Shown here: positions 1 through 9,697 of the stretch, piece by piece
Position numbering within the stretch: position 1 is the first letter of the stretch
Layout: each line of letters starts with the position of its first letter
Source: Minisyncoccota bacterium
Lineage (GTDB): Bacteria; Patescibacteriota; Microgenomatia; UBA1400; PJMF01
Reading direction: 5' to 3'
Assembly (NCBI GenBank): GCA_029881675.1
Contig: JAOUMD010000002.1
Location: forward strand, 10,228 to 74,227
Length of the DNA stretch: 64,000 nucleotides
Made by a program: the position numbers and the translations under genes
Notes under the pieces: model-generated
The model's database searches: none
Told to the model about the DNA's origin: nothing
The model's input: only the letters and a program-made list of their open reading frames with translations

Positions 1-8
1 AAGAGGAT

Positions 9-317
9 ATGAGCCCTGATGAGTTAGAGGCTTATTATCATAAAGTTAGAGGAGAATGTGCTACTGAGTTTGATGGCCCAGTAATGGAGCAGGAAGTGAG
101 TAATGAAGATGGAAGTGAGATAGAGACTATTTTTGACAGACCAAAAACAGGTACTACTGAATTCTATTCACCACAACAAATTATTGAATATGAACATAAT
201 CCTGATGAGATAAGACCAATCGGTATTTGGTATAGAGCAGCTGCACAAGTTATTGCTACCAGTTATGGAATCTCTGTAAAAGTGAGTGATTTATTAAATA
301 GAAATAAGAAAAAGTAG
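9..317 (+). CDS. hypothetical protein (may extend past the window edge)
   Basis: ORF directly upstream of tdk; no recognised motif. Confidence 0.5.
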   Translation: MSPDELEAYYHKVRGECATEFDGPVMEQEVSNEDGSEIETIFDRPKTGTTEFYSPQQIIEYEHNPDEIRPIGIWYRAAAQVIATSYGISVKVSDLLNRNKKK

Positions 318-320
318 GGT

Positions 321-881
321 ATGAAAGAAAGAGGAAAATTAACAGTTTATACAGGTCCAATGTATGCAGATAAGACAACACATTTAATCGGACATGCAAA
401 AGAAGCTGGAGATAATGGAATAGTTTTTAAACCAAGTTTAGACGATCGTTTTGGAGGAGGGGATTATATACGTTCTCATAATGGGGAAGCACATCAAGCA
501 GTTTTATTTGATGCCAAAAAACCAGCAGAAATTCTAAAAGAAATAGCGAAATTAGAAGGAATATCTCAGGCCATTATCGATGAGATTCAATTTTGTGCTA
601 GTGATGTAGTAACCATCTTAGAAAAGTTACTTGTTCAAGGACTTAATGTGATAGTAGCAGGCTTAGATCTTGATTCTGAAAAGAACTGGTTTGGTTCAAT
701 GCAAGAAATAATAGAAATGGCTGATAAAGTTGTTAACCTAACTGCAGACTGTGATGGCTGTGGCGGAGATGCCACTCTTACATATTCTAAAGTTCCTAAA
801 GAAGGTGTAGTGGCAGTTGGGGCTGGTGACCTTTATGGCGCAGCTTGTGAGAGTTGTTATGGAGGACTTAGTAAGTCATAA
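321..881 (+). CDS. tdk: thymidine kinase
   Basis: GPMYADKT P-loop variant, IIDEIQF, AGLDLD, Zn-binding CxxC pairs. Confidence 0.92.
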   Translation: MKERGKLTVYTGPMYADKTTHLIGHAKEAGDNGIVFKPSLDDRFGGGDYIRSHNGEAHQAVLFDAKKPAEILKEIAKLEGISQAIIDEIQFCASDVVTILEKLLVQGLNVIVAGLDLDSEKNWFGSMQEIIEMADKVVNLTADCDGCGGDATLTYSKVPKEGVVAVGAGDLYGAACESCYGGLSKS

Positions 882-942
882 CTATAATTTTATTATTTGC
901 TTAATTGATTAGTTTAATTGTATAAAAAGATAAGGAGTAAAT

Positions 943-1575
943 ATGACAAATAAAAAAGGGCAACTTATCACCTTTGAGGGTGGTGAAGGTGGAGGGAAGA
1001 CCACTCAAATAGTTAGATTAAGAGATAGTCTTACCAAAGCTGGTCATGATGTTGTAGTACTTAGAGAACCAGGTGGAACTGTCATTAGTGAGCAGATTAG
1101 AGAAGTTGTTCTTTCAAGTAAAAATGTCGGTATTGCCTTTACTACTGAGGTCCTTTTATTCCAAGCAGCCAGAGCTCAAATATATAGAGAAATTGTTTTA
1201 CCTAGTCTTAAAGCAGGTAAAGTTGTACTGATGGATAGATCTAGAGATAGTTCTGTTGTATATCAAGGTATTGTTAGAGGTTTTGGAGAGAAGATGATTG
1301 AAGATCTTAATGATATTTCTACAAATAAAACTACTCCAGACCTTACTTTACTTTTAGATCTTCCTGTAGAGATTGGTTTACAAAGAAGAGTTGAATCAGG
1401 CAAGATGGATAGATTAGATATGGAAGCAGTAGACTTTCATCATCAAGTTAGAAAAGGTTATTTAAAGATTGCCAAAGAGAATAAGAAGAAGAGATGGCAT
1501 ATTATTGATGCTAGTCAATCACTTGAGAAAGTAGAGGAAGATATCTGGGATATTGTAAGTAAAAAGATCAAGTAG
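943..1575 (+). CDS. tmk: thymidylate (dTMP) kinase
   Basis: ITFEGGEGGGKTTQ, REPGGT, MDR, PDLTLLLD motifs. Confidence 0.95.
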   Translation: MTNKKGQLITFEGGEGGGKTTQIVRLRDSLTKAGHDVVVLREPGGTVISEQIREVVLSSKNVGIAFTTEVLLFQAARAQIYREIVLPSLKAGKVVLMDRSRDSSVVYQGIVRGFGEKMIEDLNDISTNKTTPDLTLLLDLPVEIGLQRRVESGKMDRLDMEAVDFHHQVRKGYLKIAKENKKKRWHIIDASQSLEKVEEDIWDIVSKKIK

Positions 1576-1646
1576 ATATTGCGTTGTAGGGAGAAATAGT
1601 TTAGGTTTGAGATGCGATTAATATTAATTATTATTGAAAGGAAACT

Positions 1647-2021
1647 ATGACAGAGAAAAAACAAAAACCAACAAAAAAAGATCTTGAAATGCTTGGTCAA
1701 GTTCAGGAAAATTTGGGTGAAGTACAGCGTCAGGCAAGAGTATGGCTTTCTCAGGCAGTAAAAGATGAAATGAGAGCAAGAGGGTTTAATTCGACTTCTC
1801 AAGTTGAAGCATTGACTAATGAAGAAATTAATGGAGAAGGTGGCTTTATTGACTCTGTAGAGTCAAGATATAGAGATATTATTTCCTCATCAGATTTAAC
1901 AAGAGAAATACCAAATGAATTAGCTAAAACTAAGATTGGTGGCAGAGTAGAATTAAATAAAATGCTTAGGCAATTTGGGGCTGAGGAAAGAGTATCTAAA
2001 AAACCAAGACAACAAGAATAG
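1647..2021 (+). CDS. hypothetical protein
   Basis: ORF co-oriented with recR, 6 nt apart. Confidence 0.55.
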   Translation: MTEKKQKPTKKDLEMLGQVQENLGEVQRQARVWLSQAVKDEMRARGFNSTSQVEALTNEEINGEGGFIDSVESRYRDIISSSDLTREIPNELAKTKIGGRVELNKMLRQFGAEERVSKKPRQQE

Positions 2022-2027
2022 TTTAAA

Positions 2028-2633
2028 ATGCAAAAACTCCCCCGTGCCGTACGGAGGTTAATAGAAAAATTTGAAAGACTACCAGGCGTTGGTCCTAAAT
2101 CAGCCCAACGCTTGGTTTTCTATTTACTCCATAATCCAGATCATGAGCTAGAAGACTTCTCTGAGAGGTTACTTGCTTTAAAGCGTGACACTGTCAGATG
2201 TGATGACTGTCATAATATCAGTGAGTCTAATCCTTGTCCTGTCTGTGATGATAGTTCTAGAGATAGAACTGTCCTTTGTGTAGTAGAACAACCTTTGGAT
2301 ATGCTTGCATTGGAGAGAAGTGATAAATTTAAAGGTATATACCATGTCTTACATGGAGCCATTTCACCCCTTAATAACATTGGTCCCGACCAAATATTTC
2401 TTCGTGATATCCTGAAGCGATTAGATGGGGTAGAAGAACTGATTATTGCCACTAATCCTACAATGGAGGGTGAAGCAACCGCTTTATATATTTCTGAAAT
2501 AATTGAGAATTCTAATGGTAACAATGATCTTAAAATAACCAGAATCGGTCATGGTCTACCTGTTGGAGCTGATATTGAATATGCTGATGGAGTAACCTTG
2601 GCAAGGGCTTTGGAAGGCCGGAGGAAAATCTAG
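2028..2633 (+). CDS. recR: recombination mediator RecR
   Basis: LPGVGPKSAQR HhH, C4 zinc finger, YHVLHG, ATNPTMEGEATA Toprim. Confidence 0.96.
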   Translation: MQKLPRAVRRLIEKFERLPGVGPKSAQRLVFYLLHNPDHELEDFSERLLALKRDTVRCDDCHNISESNPCPVCDDSSRDRTVLCVVEQPLDMLALERSDKFKGIYHVLHGAISPLNNIGPDQIFLRDILKRLDGVEELIIATNPTMEGEATALYISEIIENSNGNNDLKITRIGHGLPVGADIEYADGVTLARALEGRRKI

Positions 2634-2724
2634 TTTTTGACTCTTTTGTCAATCTTTATTGCCCTTGATTTCATACTATTTTTGTTTTAATCTATTGATA
2701 GATGATAACTCAATCTAAACAAGA

Positions 2725-2773
2725 GGCCCTGTTTCTTAGTTTCATAATTTGGAGCTAGGTAACAGGGTTTTTT
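2725..2773 (+). terminator. long hairpin plus U-tract between recR and hpf
   Basis: GGCCCTGTT...AACAGGGTT followed by TTTT. Confidence 0.5.
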
Positions 2774-2804
2774 AGTATTAGCCGCCCTGAGGAAAGGTTT
2801 TTCT

Positions 2805-3119
2805 ATGAACATAACTGTTCAATCAAAAACTTTAGAAGTTACCGATGCTTTAAGAGCTTTCTGCGAGAAGCAAGCTAGTAAAGTTGGCCGTTTTGGGAGA
2901 AATATTTCTCAAATTAATATCCACATTGAAAATATCACCAGAAAGAAGAATGACCCTACAGCTGCTAGTGTGCAATATAGCGTTGATTTACCTGGTAAAG
3001 TATTAGTTGTAAAAAGAACTGCTGTTAATATGTATGATGCAGTGGTCGACGCAACAAATGGCATTATGAGACAGGTCCGCAAAACAAAAGAAAAGCGCAT
3101 TACTAAGAAAAGAGGTTAA
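2805..3119 (+). CDS. hpf: ribosome hibernation factor HPF/RaiA (short form)
   Basis: MNITVQSKTLEVTDALR...NMYDAVVDA pattern of the S30AE family. Confidence 0.85.
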   Translation: MNITVQSKTLEVTDALRAFCEKQASKVGRFGRNISQINIHIENITRKKNDPTAASVQYSVDLPGKVLVVKRTAVNMYDAVVDATNGIMRQVRKTKEKRITKKRG

Positions 3120-3171
3120 TTCTCTAACTTAAGTCTTGATAATTTAGTTAGTTTCGAGGTATTGTACCTGT

Positions 3172-3501
3172 ATGGCAGATACTACTCAAGCAGCTCCAAA
3201 GAAAAATCCTTTAGATATCCTAGAGGATATTTTGGATAATGCAGAAGCACAAAAAGAAGATAATGAAGCAGCAGCTGCAGAGGCTAAGCTTCTTGCTGAA
3301 ATAAAGGAAAAAGAAGAAGCAGCTCGTCAAGCTGATTTAGCTAAGTTAGAAGAAGAAAGAGCTAAGATGACAGCAATTGAGTCATCTCCAGAATCTCAAG
3401 CACGTCTTTCTCAAATAAAAGAAAAGTCAGAACAAAAGCAAGAAAAAGAAGATAACAGCAAAGGTTTTGAAATTAGACAAATGGGTCATACAAAAATTTA
3501 A
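3172..3501 (+). CDS. hypothetical coiled-coil protein
   Basis: E/K/A-rich ORF; TATTGT-N6-ATG upstream. Confidence 0.6.
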   Translation: MADTTQAAPKKNPLDILEDILDNAEAQKEDNEAAAAEAKLLAEIKEKEEAARQADLAKLEEERAKMTAIESSPESQARLSQIKEKSEQKQEKEDNSKGFEIRQMGHTKI

Positions 3502-3504
3502 AAT

Positions 3505-4095
3505 ATGCCAGGTCCTGCCCCAGGTCAAAATTCTCAATTAGGTAATCTCAATGCAATGGGTGGTGATCCTAGTGAAGTGATGAGCCAACTTCAAGGTGGT
3601 TCTAGTGCTGGAGCACAAGCTACTCCAGCTCCACAGCAACTTCAATCAATGCAGCAACAAATGGGAGGTGCTCAAACAGATCAAGCTCCTCGTGCCATTG
3701 GTTCTATTGGAGAAGAACTAGTTAAACGACCTTTGGCTGATATTGCCAAAGGAATTAAATCAATATTTTCTTTAGATAATTTACTTGGCGTAGAAAGTAA
3801 TAAGCCAGACCCACAAGCTCAAGCAAAAAAGAAGCAGTTACATCAAAGATTTAATCAACTTTCACAGGAAGAGCAAGGAGTTGCAAGGGAAAGATATCAA
3901 CAAGAGATGGAACGAAAGCAAAGGATGGCAGAAGAAGATGAAAGAAGTAGACAAATGAAAGCTCAATCAAAACAATCAATAGTAATGCCTTCTAGTCCAC
4001 AAAAGGGCAATGGAGGACAATCAAAGAAACAGAATGCTATGCAACAATTACAAGATGATAGGACTAAGATAGGAAAGGTGCAGGGGGCTAGTTAA
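3505..4095 (+). CDS. hypothetical Q-rich low-complexity protein
   Basis: ORF coupled to the previous gene. Confidence 0.65.
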   Translation: MPGPAPGQNSQLGNLNAMGGDPSEVMSQLQGGSSAGAQATPAPQQLQSMQQQMGGAQTDQAPRAIGSIGEELVKRPLADIAKGIKSIFSLDNLLGVESNKPDPQAQAKKKQLHQRFNQLSQEEQGVARERYQQEMERKQRMAEEDERSRQMKAQSKQSIVMPSSPQKGNGGQSKKQNAMQQLQDDRTKIGKVQGAS

Positions 4096-4191
4096 TATTT
4101 TAGTGTATAATCAAATAAATGAAAAAGACAAAATTATTTACCAACTGCTGTATTAACCCTCTGAAATAAACTTGGGTATCTATTGTAGTGT

Positions 4192-4215
4192 GACCACCCA
4201 AGGGGTGGTTTTTTT
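4192..4215 (+). terminator. intrinsic terminator
   Basis: ACCACCC-AAG-GGGTGGT followed by a T-run. Confidence 0.7.
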
Positions 4216-4315
4216 ATATCTAAATTATAAAAACTAAACAACCTAAGTAACCATAGTTTAGAAAATAATAAAAAATAATAAGTAAAAAAAATAAATAAAA
4301 AATAAGAAAGAAAAT

Positions 4316-5051
4316 ATGAAAAAAGAAACATTGAAAATAAAAAAGAATTGGAAAGAACAGGGAGTGGGATTTGTTTTAGCTCATCCTGATGATGAAGCTT
4401 TAATGTGGGGAATGATGGAGTATCTTTGTTGAGGCTGGTGTTCCTATAACTGTTATTTTATTAACTCTGGGAGAGCTAGGTTCAATAGCTGATCAACCCG
4501 GTTTATCTACAAATGAAGTAAAAGATGTTCGTCGTCAGGAGTTTACTCAAGCTATGGATTCTCTAGGGGCTGACTATGAAATTATGGGCTATGGAGATTT
4601 TGGTTTGGCAATGATGCCATTTAGAAATCTTGCCATGCCACTGTTAAATTTATTAAGACAAAAAGATTTTGCAGCTATTTTTTCTTTTCATCCCTATGAA
4701 ATTACTCCTAATTTTGATCATCCAGACCATAATATAGCGGGTGAAGCAGCGAGGTTTGCGGCAGCAGGACAAGATGTAGAGAACCTTAAAACAGGTCCAT
4801 ATATTGCTAGTAGTGACTCTTACGGCGCAACAGAATCTAGACCAGAGTTATATCTTTGGACAACAGATAAAAGCAAGGCAACACATAAACAGAAATTAAC
4901 AAAGAAGTCTCGTAAAAAGAGAAATAAATACTTACAAAAGCAGTATCCATCCCAATTTCCTCGTCAAAGTAAAAAGAGATGGGGTAGAATCTTTGATAAG
5001 ATTACAGAGAATGGTAAAAGTCACTCTGAGTTTTATCAGCAGGTTCGTTAG
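4316..5051 (+). pseudogene. PIG-L/LmbE family deacetylase split by a +1 frameshift at ~4426 (programmed shift, pseudogene or assembly error)
   Basis: Frame from ATG 4316 gives LAHPDDE then TGA at 4430-4432; the +1 frame continues LLTLGELG...RRQEFTQAMDSLG...DHPDH. Confidence 0.8.
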
Positions 5052-5077
5052 AATAAAGATAAATATAAGAATAAATT

Positions 5078-6520
5078 ATGAAACTATATAACACGTTAAG
5101 TAAAGCAATTGAAGAAATTAAAGTCCCAGAGGGTAAAGAGCTTGGGCTATATGCCTGTGGTCCTACTGTTTATGATTACACTCATTTAGGTCATCTTAGA
5201 AAATATACTTTAGATGATGTTCTAGTTAGAGCACTTCGTAAAGATGGCTATAAAGTAAAGCATGTCCAAAATATTACTGATGTCGGTCATCTTAGTGATG
5301 ATGGAGATGAAGGAGAAGATAAGTTAGAAAAGGGTGCTAAGAAATATGGTGAGAGTGTTTGGGACATCGCCAAAAGATTTGAGAATTATTTCTGGCACAG
5401 TATGGATTTAATTGGTGTAGAGAAACCTGATATTAGCTGTAGAGCTACAGATCATATCGAGCAGCAGTTAGAGATGGTCAAGACTTTAGAAAAGAAAGGT
5501 TTTGCCTATGTTATTGATGGTGATGGAGTCTATTTTGATACTTCAAAATTAGATGACTATGGCAAACTTGCTAGATTAAAACTTGATGACCTTAAAGAAG
5601 GAGCTAGAGTTGAAACAAAAGGAAAAAAGAATCCGACTGACTTTGCTTTATGGAAATTTGAGAGAAAAGGAGAGAATAGGGCAATGGTATGGGATAGCCC
5701 TTGGCATGAGAGAAGTTTCCCAGGCTGGCACATTGAATGTTCTGCAATGGGTATGCACTATCTTGGGGATCAATTTGAGATCCATACTGGTGGTATAGAT
5801 CATATCCCAGTTCACCATACAAATGAGATCGCTCAGGCAGAAGCTAGCTCAGGCAAGAAACCTTTTGTAAAGGTATGGGTCCATCATAATTTCTTACAAA
5901 TTGAAGGTGAGAAGATGAGTAAGAGCCTTGGTAATGTTTTCAATATTGATGACGTTGTAGAAAAGGGTTTTGATCCAGAAGCGTTAAGACTTCTTTTCCT
6001 AACTGGTCATTATCGTAGTGAGATGAACTTTACTTGGAATAATCTAGCCGGTAGTCAAAAGGCTTGGAACAGATTGCTTAAAATGGTTATGAATTTACGA
6101 GATAAAGTAAAATCAGATGAGGTATTTTCTGAAAAAGGCCAATCAAAATTAGCTGCTAATTATTCTCAAAATTTCTATTCTGCAATTAATAATGATCTTA
6201 ATACTGCTCAAGCCATTGCCACAATGTGGGACATGATGAAGGATAGCAAGCTTCCTGGTAGAGAAAAGTTATTCTTACTTTTTGATTTTGATAGTGTTTT
6301 AGGTCTTGGTTTAGAAGAAGCGTCTTTATCTAAGAATGCAACTTTTAAAGGTATGAGTAAGGTTAAAGCTCCACAAGAAGTATTAGACTTATTAGAACAA
6401 CGTGATCAAGCTAGAAAAGATCAAAAATGGGAAAAGTCAGATAGTATTAGAGATCAAATTGCTGAGCTTGGATATAAAGTTACCGATGGCTCTAATGGTC
6501 AAGAAGTAGAGAAGCTTTAA
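5078..6520 (+). CDS. cysS: cysteine--tRNA ligase
   Basis: YACGPTVY, HLGH, PGWHIECS, KMSKS. Confidence 0.97.
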   Translation: MKLYNTLSKAIEEIKVPEGKELGLYACGPTVYDYTHLGHLRKYTLDDVLVRALRKDGYKVKHVQNITDVGHLSDDGDEGEDKLEKGAKKYGESVWDIAKRFENYFWHSMDLIGVEKPDISCRATDHIEQQLEMVKTLEKKGFAYVIDGDGVYFDTSKLDDYGKLARLKLDDLKEGARVETKGKKNPTDFALWKFERKGENRAMVWDSPWHERSFPGWHIECSAMGMHYLGDQFEIHTGGIDHIPVHHTNEIAQAEASSGKKPFVKVWVHHNFLQIEGEKMSKSLGNVFNIDDVVEKGFDPEALRLLFLTGHYRSEMNFTWNNLAGSQKAWNRLLKMVMNLRDKVKSDEVFSEKGQSKLAANYSQNFYSAINNDLNTAQAIATMWDMMKDSKLPGREKLFLLFDFDSVLGLGLEEASLSKNATFKGMSKVKAPQEVLDLLEQRDQARKDQKWEKSDSIRDQIAELGYKVTDGSNGQEVEKL

Positions 6521-6912
6521 GTTAAAGTTTTTGCTTTTTGTAAAATAGAATAGAACCCTTTATCTGTCACAATTAAGTGATCAATTATTCTTACTCCTAA
6601 GATTTCTCCTGCATTGATGAGGATCTTAGTAGTGGTTAAATCACTTTTACTTGGCAATAAATTTCCTGATGGGTGATTGTGGGCTAAGATAATAAATCGA
6701 GCTCTATTTTTTAGAGTAGGGACAAAGATCTCAGCCTGACTGAATTTTATTTCATCTACCTTGGGTTTAATTGTTTTTTTATTTATGACAGTCCCAGACG
6801 AATTTAGATAGAAAATAATCAGTGATTCATTCCTTTGTTTGTGTATCTTCTTGGTTAATAAATAGATGTCCCTTGGACTAGTAATTTTTGTCATGGTGAT
6901 AATATGCACCAT
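6517..6912 (-). CDS. RadC-like JAB-domain protein
   Basis: ILAHNHPSGNLLPSKSD...DHLIV motif. Confidence 0.85.
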   Translation of the reverse strand: MVHIITMTKITSPRDIYLLTKKIHKQRNESLIIFYLNSSGTVINKKTIKPKVDEIKFSQAEIFVPTLKNRARFIILAHNHPSGNLLPSKSDLTTTKILINAGEILGVRIIDHLIVTDKGFYSILQKAKTLT

Positions 6913-6976
6913 CTTCCTTGCATAGATCTTTCATAGTGCTTTTACTTAGAATAAAAGTTTGCTATATTGGATTAAT

Positions 6977-8245
6977 ATGCGAAAAGTAATCTCAGTTTTT
7001 CTCATCGGCCTATTTGGGTTGATGATACTACCAAAATCAGTATTAGCTAAACAATATGATAATCTCATCACCTTGCCTGTAGATGAAGCTCAAGAGCAAG
7101 AAATTCAGGCGATGGATACAAGTTTTGTTTTGGAAGAAACTGATGGAGAAGTACTGGGAACAGTTCAAAACGCAATTGTAGAAGATGTTGACATGGGTCC
7201 TCACTTCTATTTTGGTGAAGATATTACTGTAGATGAAGACTTAGTTGGTGACGTTTATGTCGCTGGAGGAACTGTAGTAGTAAACGGCATGATCGATGGC
7301 GACCTAATGGTTGCTGGTGGTACCGTAACTTTGAATGGTGATGTAAGCCAAGATGTCAGAGCTGCAGGTGGTACTTTGATGGTTAATGGCATGATCGGAG
7401 AAAATCTATCCATTGCTGGAGGAACTATTTTGTTTAGTTCAGAATCAAAAGTTGGGAATAGTATTGTCGCAGCAGGAGGAGAAGTTAGTTTAGATGGTGA
7501 AGTTTTGGGCAGAGTATTCCTCGGTGGAGGAGCTGCAAAGTTAGCAGGTAGTTATGGATCTGATGTTAATGCTCAAGCAGACACAATTCAAGTTGCTCCT
7601 GGTGTAGTTATTGCAGGGTCTTTAATTGCAGAAGCTGGTATAAAAGTTGATGTCTCAGAAGAGGCAGAAGTTATGGGTGAAAAGATGGTCAGTATTACTC
7701 CTGTAGAAGGAAGAAAAGATTTATCAGATGAAAAGATGAAGTCTGTTGGAGGTGTATTAGTTAAAGCTACTTTAGTTGAATTCTTTATGAAGCTTGCCAT
7801 GGCAGTTGTTTCAGGAGGATTAGTAATATACTTCATGCCTAAACTTGTAGAACAGGTCTCAAAGACAGTTCTAGATGCTCCATTGGCAAATGCTGGTTGG
7901 GGTCTTGTTTACCTCTTTATTACACCAATAGTAATTCTCTTAGCTATGATTAGTATTGTTGCTCTTCCAATAGCGGGAATTATTACTCTCGTATACTTAT
8001 TATCATTCATTGTTGCCAAATGGGCAGTTGCATATGCTGTCGGTATTAAATTAGCAAAGAACCTTAAAGTAAAAGCCTTAGAGAATAAATATCTTGGTTT
8101 TGCAGTAGGAATGCTAGTAATTAATGCAGTAGGTTTTGTCCCTGTCTTAGGATGGCTGGTAAAGACTATAGTATTCTTTATCGGAATGGGAGCTATCTTT
8201 AGCTTAATTAAGCTAAATGTATTATCTAAAAGCGCTAGAAAATAA
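6977..8245 (+). CDS. membrane protein with polymer-forming/bactofilin-like beta-helix repeats
   Basis: signal peptide, repeated GDVxxAGGTV units, C-terminal TM helices; start taken at MRKV. Confidence 0.7.
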   Translation: MRKVISVFLIGLFGLMILPKSVLAKQYDNLITLPVDEAQEQEIQAMDTSFVLEETDGEVLGTVQNAIVEDVDMGPHFYFGEDITVDEDLVGDVYVAGGTVVVNGMIDGDLMVAGGTVTLNGDVSQDVRAAGGTLMVNGMIGENLSIAGGTILFSSESKVGNSIVAAGGEVSLDGEVLGRVFLGGGAAKLAGSYGSDVNAQADTIQVAPGVVIAGSLIAEAGIKVDVSEEAEVMGEKMVSITPVEGRKDLSDEKMKSVGGVLVKATLVEFFMKLAMAVVSGGLVIYFMPKLVEQVSKTVLDAPLANAGWGLVYLFITPIVILLAMISIVALPIAGIITLVYLLSFIVAKWAVAYAVGIKLAKNLKVKALENKYLGFAVGMLVINAVGFVPVLGWLVKTIVFFIGMGAIFSLIKLNVLSKSARK

Positions 8246-8431
8246 ATGAAGAAACTTGTTAGACCAAGGAAGGGGAGAAGATTTGCCGGTGTTGCAATTG
8301 GTATAGCTAACTACTTGAACGTTGATGTGACTGTAGTTAGATTAATCTGGGTCTTTCTCTTTATCCCAGGGGGCTTTCCAGGATTAATCCCATATATTCT
8401 TTGTTGGTTAGTTATTCCTGAAGAGAATTAG
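8246..8431 (+). CDS. pspC: PspC domain protein
   Basis: KKLVR...AGVAIGIANYLNVDVTVVRL...YILCWLVIPEE. Confidence 0.88.
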   Translation: MKKLVRPRKGRRFAGVAIGIANYLNVDVTVVRLIWVFLFIPGGFPGLIPYILCWLVIPEEN

Positions 8432-8461
8432 ATAAAAATAAAATATTAGTGAGTAGATATT

Positions 8462-8490
8462 AAAAGAGCGTGGGGTGACCACGCTCTTTT
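8462..8490. terminator. bidirectional intrinsic terminator
   Basis: AAAAGAGCGTGG...CCACGCTCTTTT between convergent genes. Confidence 0.8.
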
Positions 8491-8515
8491 GTATTTGTTT
8501 CTTATTTATTACTCT

Positions 8516-9025
8516 TTATGATCGGATATAGATAACGGTGAAGATATTACTGTAGTATGTTGCCGTTGGAAAACTAAAGTTATCCCCGTTACATTCTGAA
8601 TACTGTGTTACCAAGATATCACCATATGACACACTGCATTCATTCTGAACTTCGTTCGTGATTGTGATGTACAACGTATTTGTATCTTCAGCCCACTGCA
8701 TACTTGTTGCATGGGCTCCATTAATTACTGTTCCATTTTGAAAGAGTGTTTCTGGAGAGGAGTTGACTGTAATTTCAAATAATGCGTAAAAACGCATCAT
8801 GTCATCATCAACATTTTGAAATACGAATTCTCGTATCAACTCATAAGCAGGCGGATAGATATACTCAAAGTTGAGTGCATTCATATCAAAGACAGGGGTA
8901 ACACCCCAGTCTAGAATAACTTCTTCACCGTCCATAAGACGGGAATAATCACTAGAATCTTGAGCGAAACTGATTGTCGGGACGATAAGTGATAGCAGTA
9001 GAGCAATTATTAGGAATTTCTTCAT
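8516..9025 (-). CDS. secreted hypothetical protein
   Basis: MKKFLII...SFA signal peptide. Confidence 0.65.
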   Translation of the reverse strand: MKKFLIIALLLSLIVPTISFAQDSSDYSRLMDGEEVILDWGVTPVFDMNALNFEYIYPPAYELIREFVFQNVDDDMMRFYALFEITVNSSPETLFQNGTVINGAHATSMQWAEDTNTLYITITNEVQNECSVSYGDILVTQYSECNGDNFSFPTATYYSNIFTVIYIRS

Positions 9026-9303
9026 TCTTTTGCTTCCTTTATATCATTCGTTACATTGTCGGTTTTGTATTATCCTTTCAGATAATATTCCAATTCATAA
9101 TGACTGGTATATTACTTTCACTAAGCGTAAATGCAATATACCAGTCACTAATTTAAAGAGTTTTTAAAGAACTTTGAATGGTTATTTTAAGATAAAAATA
9201 ACTTTATTCAAGGTCTTGAGTATAGCAAAACTAGAGGAAAATGTCAATATTATGGGACTTTTTTGCAACATTGATAAGTATTGTTTTTATGTATAATACC
9301 AAT

Positions 9304-9696
9304 ATGAATAAATCAGAAAGACCAAGGCAATTAAGATTAGGAGGGGACTTTGGAGGGGATACTCCTAAGCTAGTTATTGAAGCTCCCAAAAAAGAGGAGC
9401 AGTCAGAACATCCCAATGCACCTGAAGGAAGTACTCATATGATTGCTCAAGAAAAAGAGGTATTTTTTGCGATAGAACCTCAACCTGAATATGGCAGTGG
9501 TTCATATGATAATGTTTATACTGTCAAAAAACCTTTTTATGCAGAATATATAAGAGAAGAAGGTAAATGGGAATATTTTAAAGTTAAAGGAATGACTAAA
9601 GATAAACTATTTGGTGTTTTTTATAGAGGGAAAAGAATAGGTTTGGCTGAAGGAACTATTTTTAAAACAAAGAAGAGTAATAGGATAAAAATATAA
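9304..9696 (+). CDS. hypothetical protein (start revised to 9304)
   Basis: TATAAT at 9292-9297, 6 nt before ATG 9304. Confidence 0.55.
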   Translation: MNKSERPRQLRLGGDFGGDTPKLVIEAPKKEEQSEHPNAPEGSTHMIAQEKEVFFAIEPQPEYGSGSYDNVYTVKKPFYAEYIREEGKWEYFKVKGMTKDKLFGVFYRGKRIGLAEGTIFKTKKSNRIKI

Positions 9697-9697
9697 A

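Noticed and set aside
4216-4315. A-rich tract and the antisense 65-aa Phe/Leu-rich ORF (4134..4331)
   Set aside because: Low-complexity intergenic DNA; the ORF is an artefact of the poly-A strand
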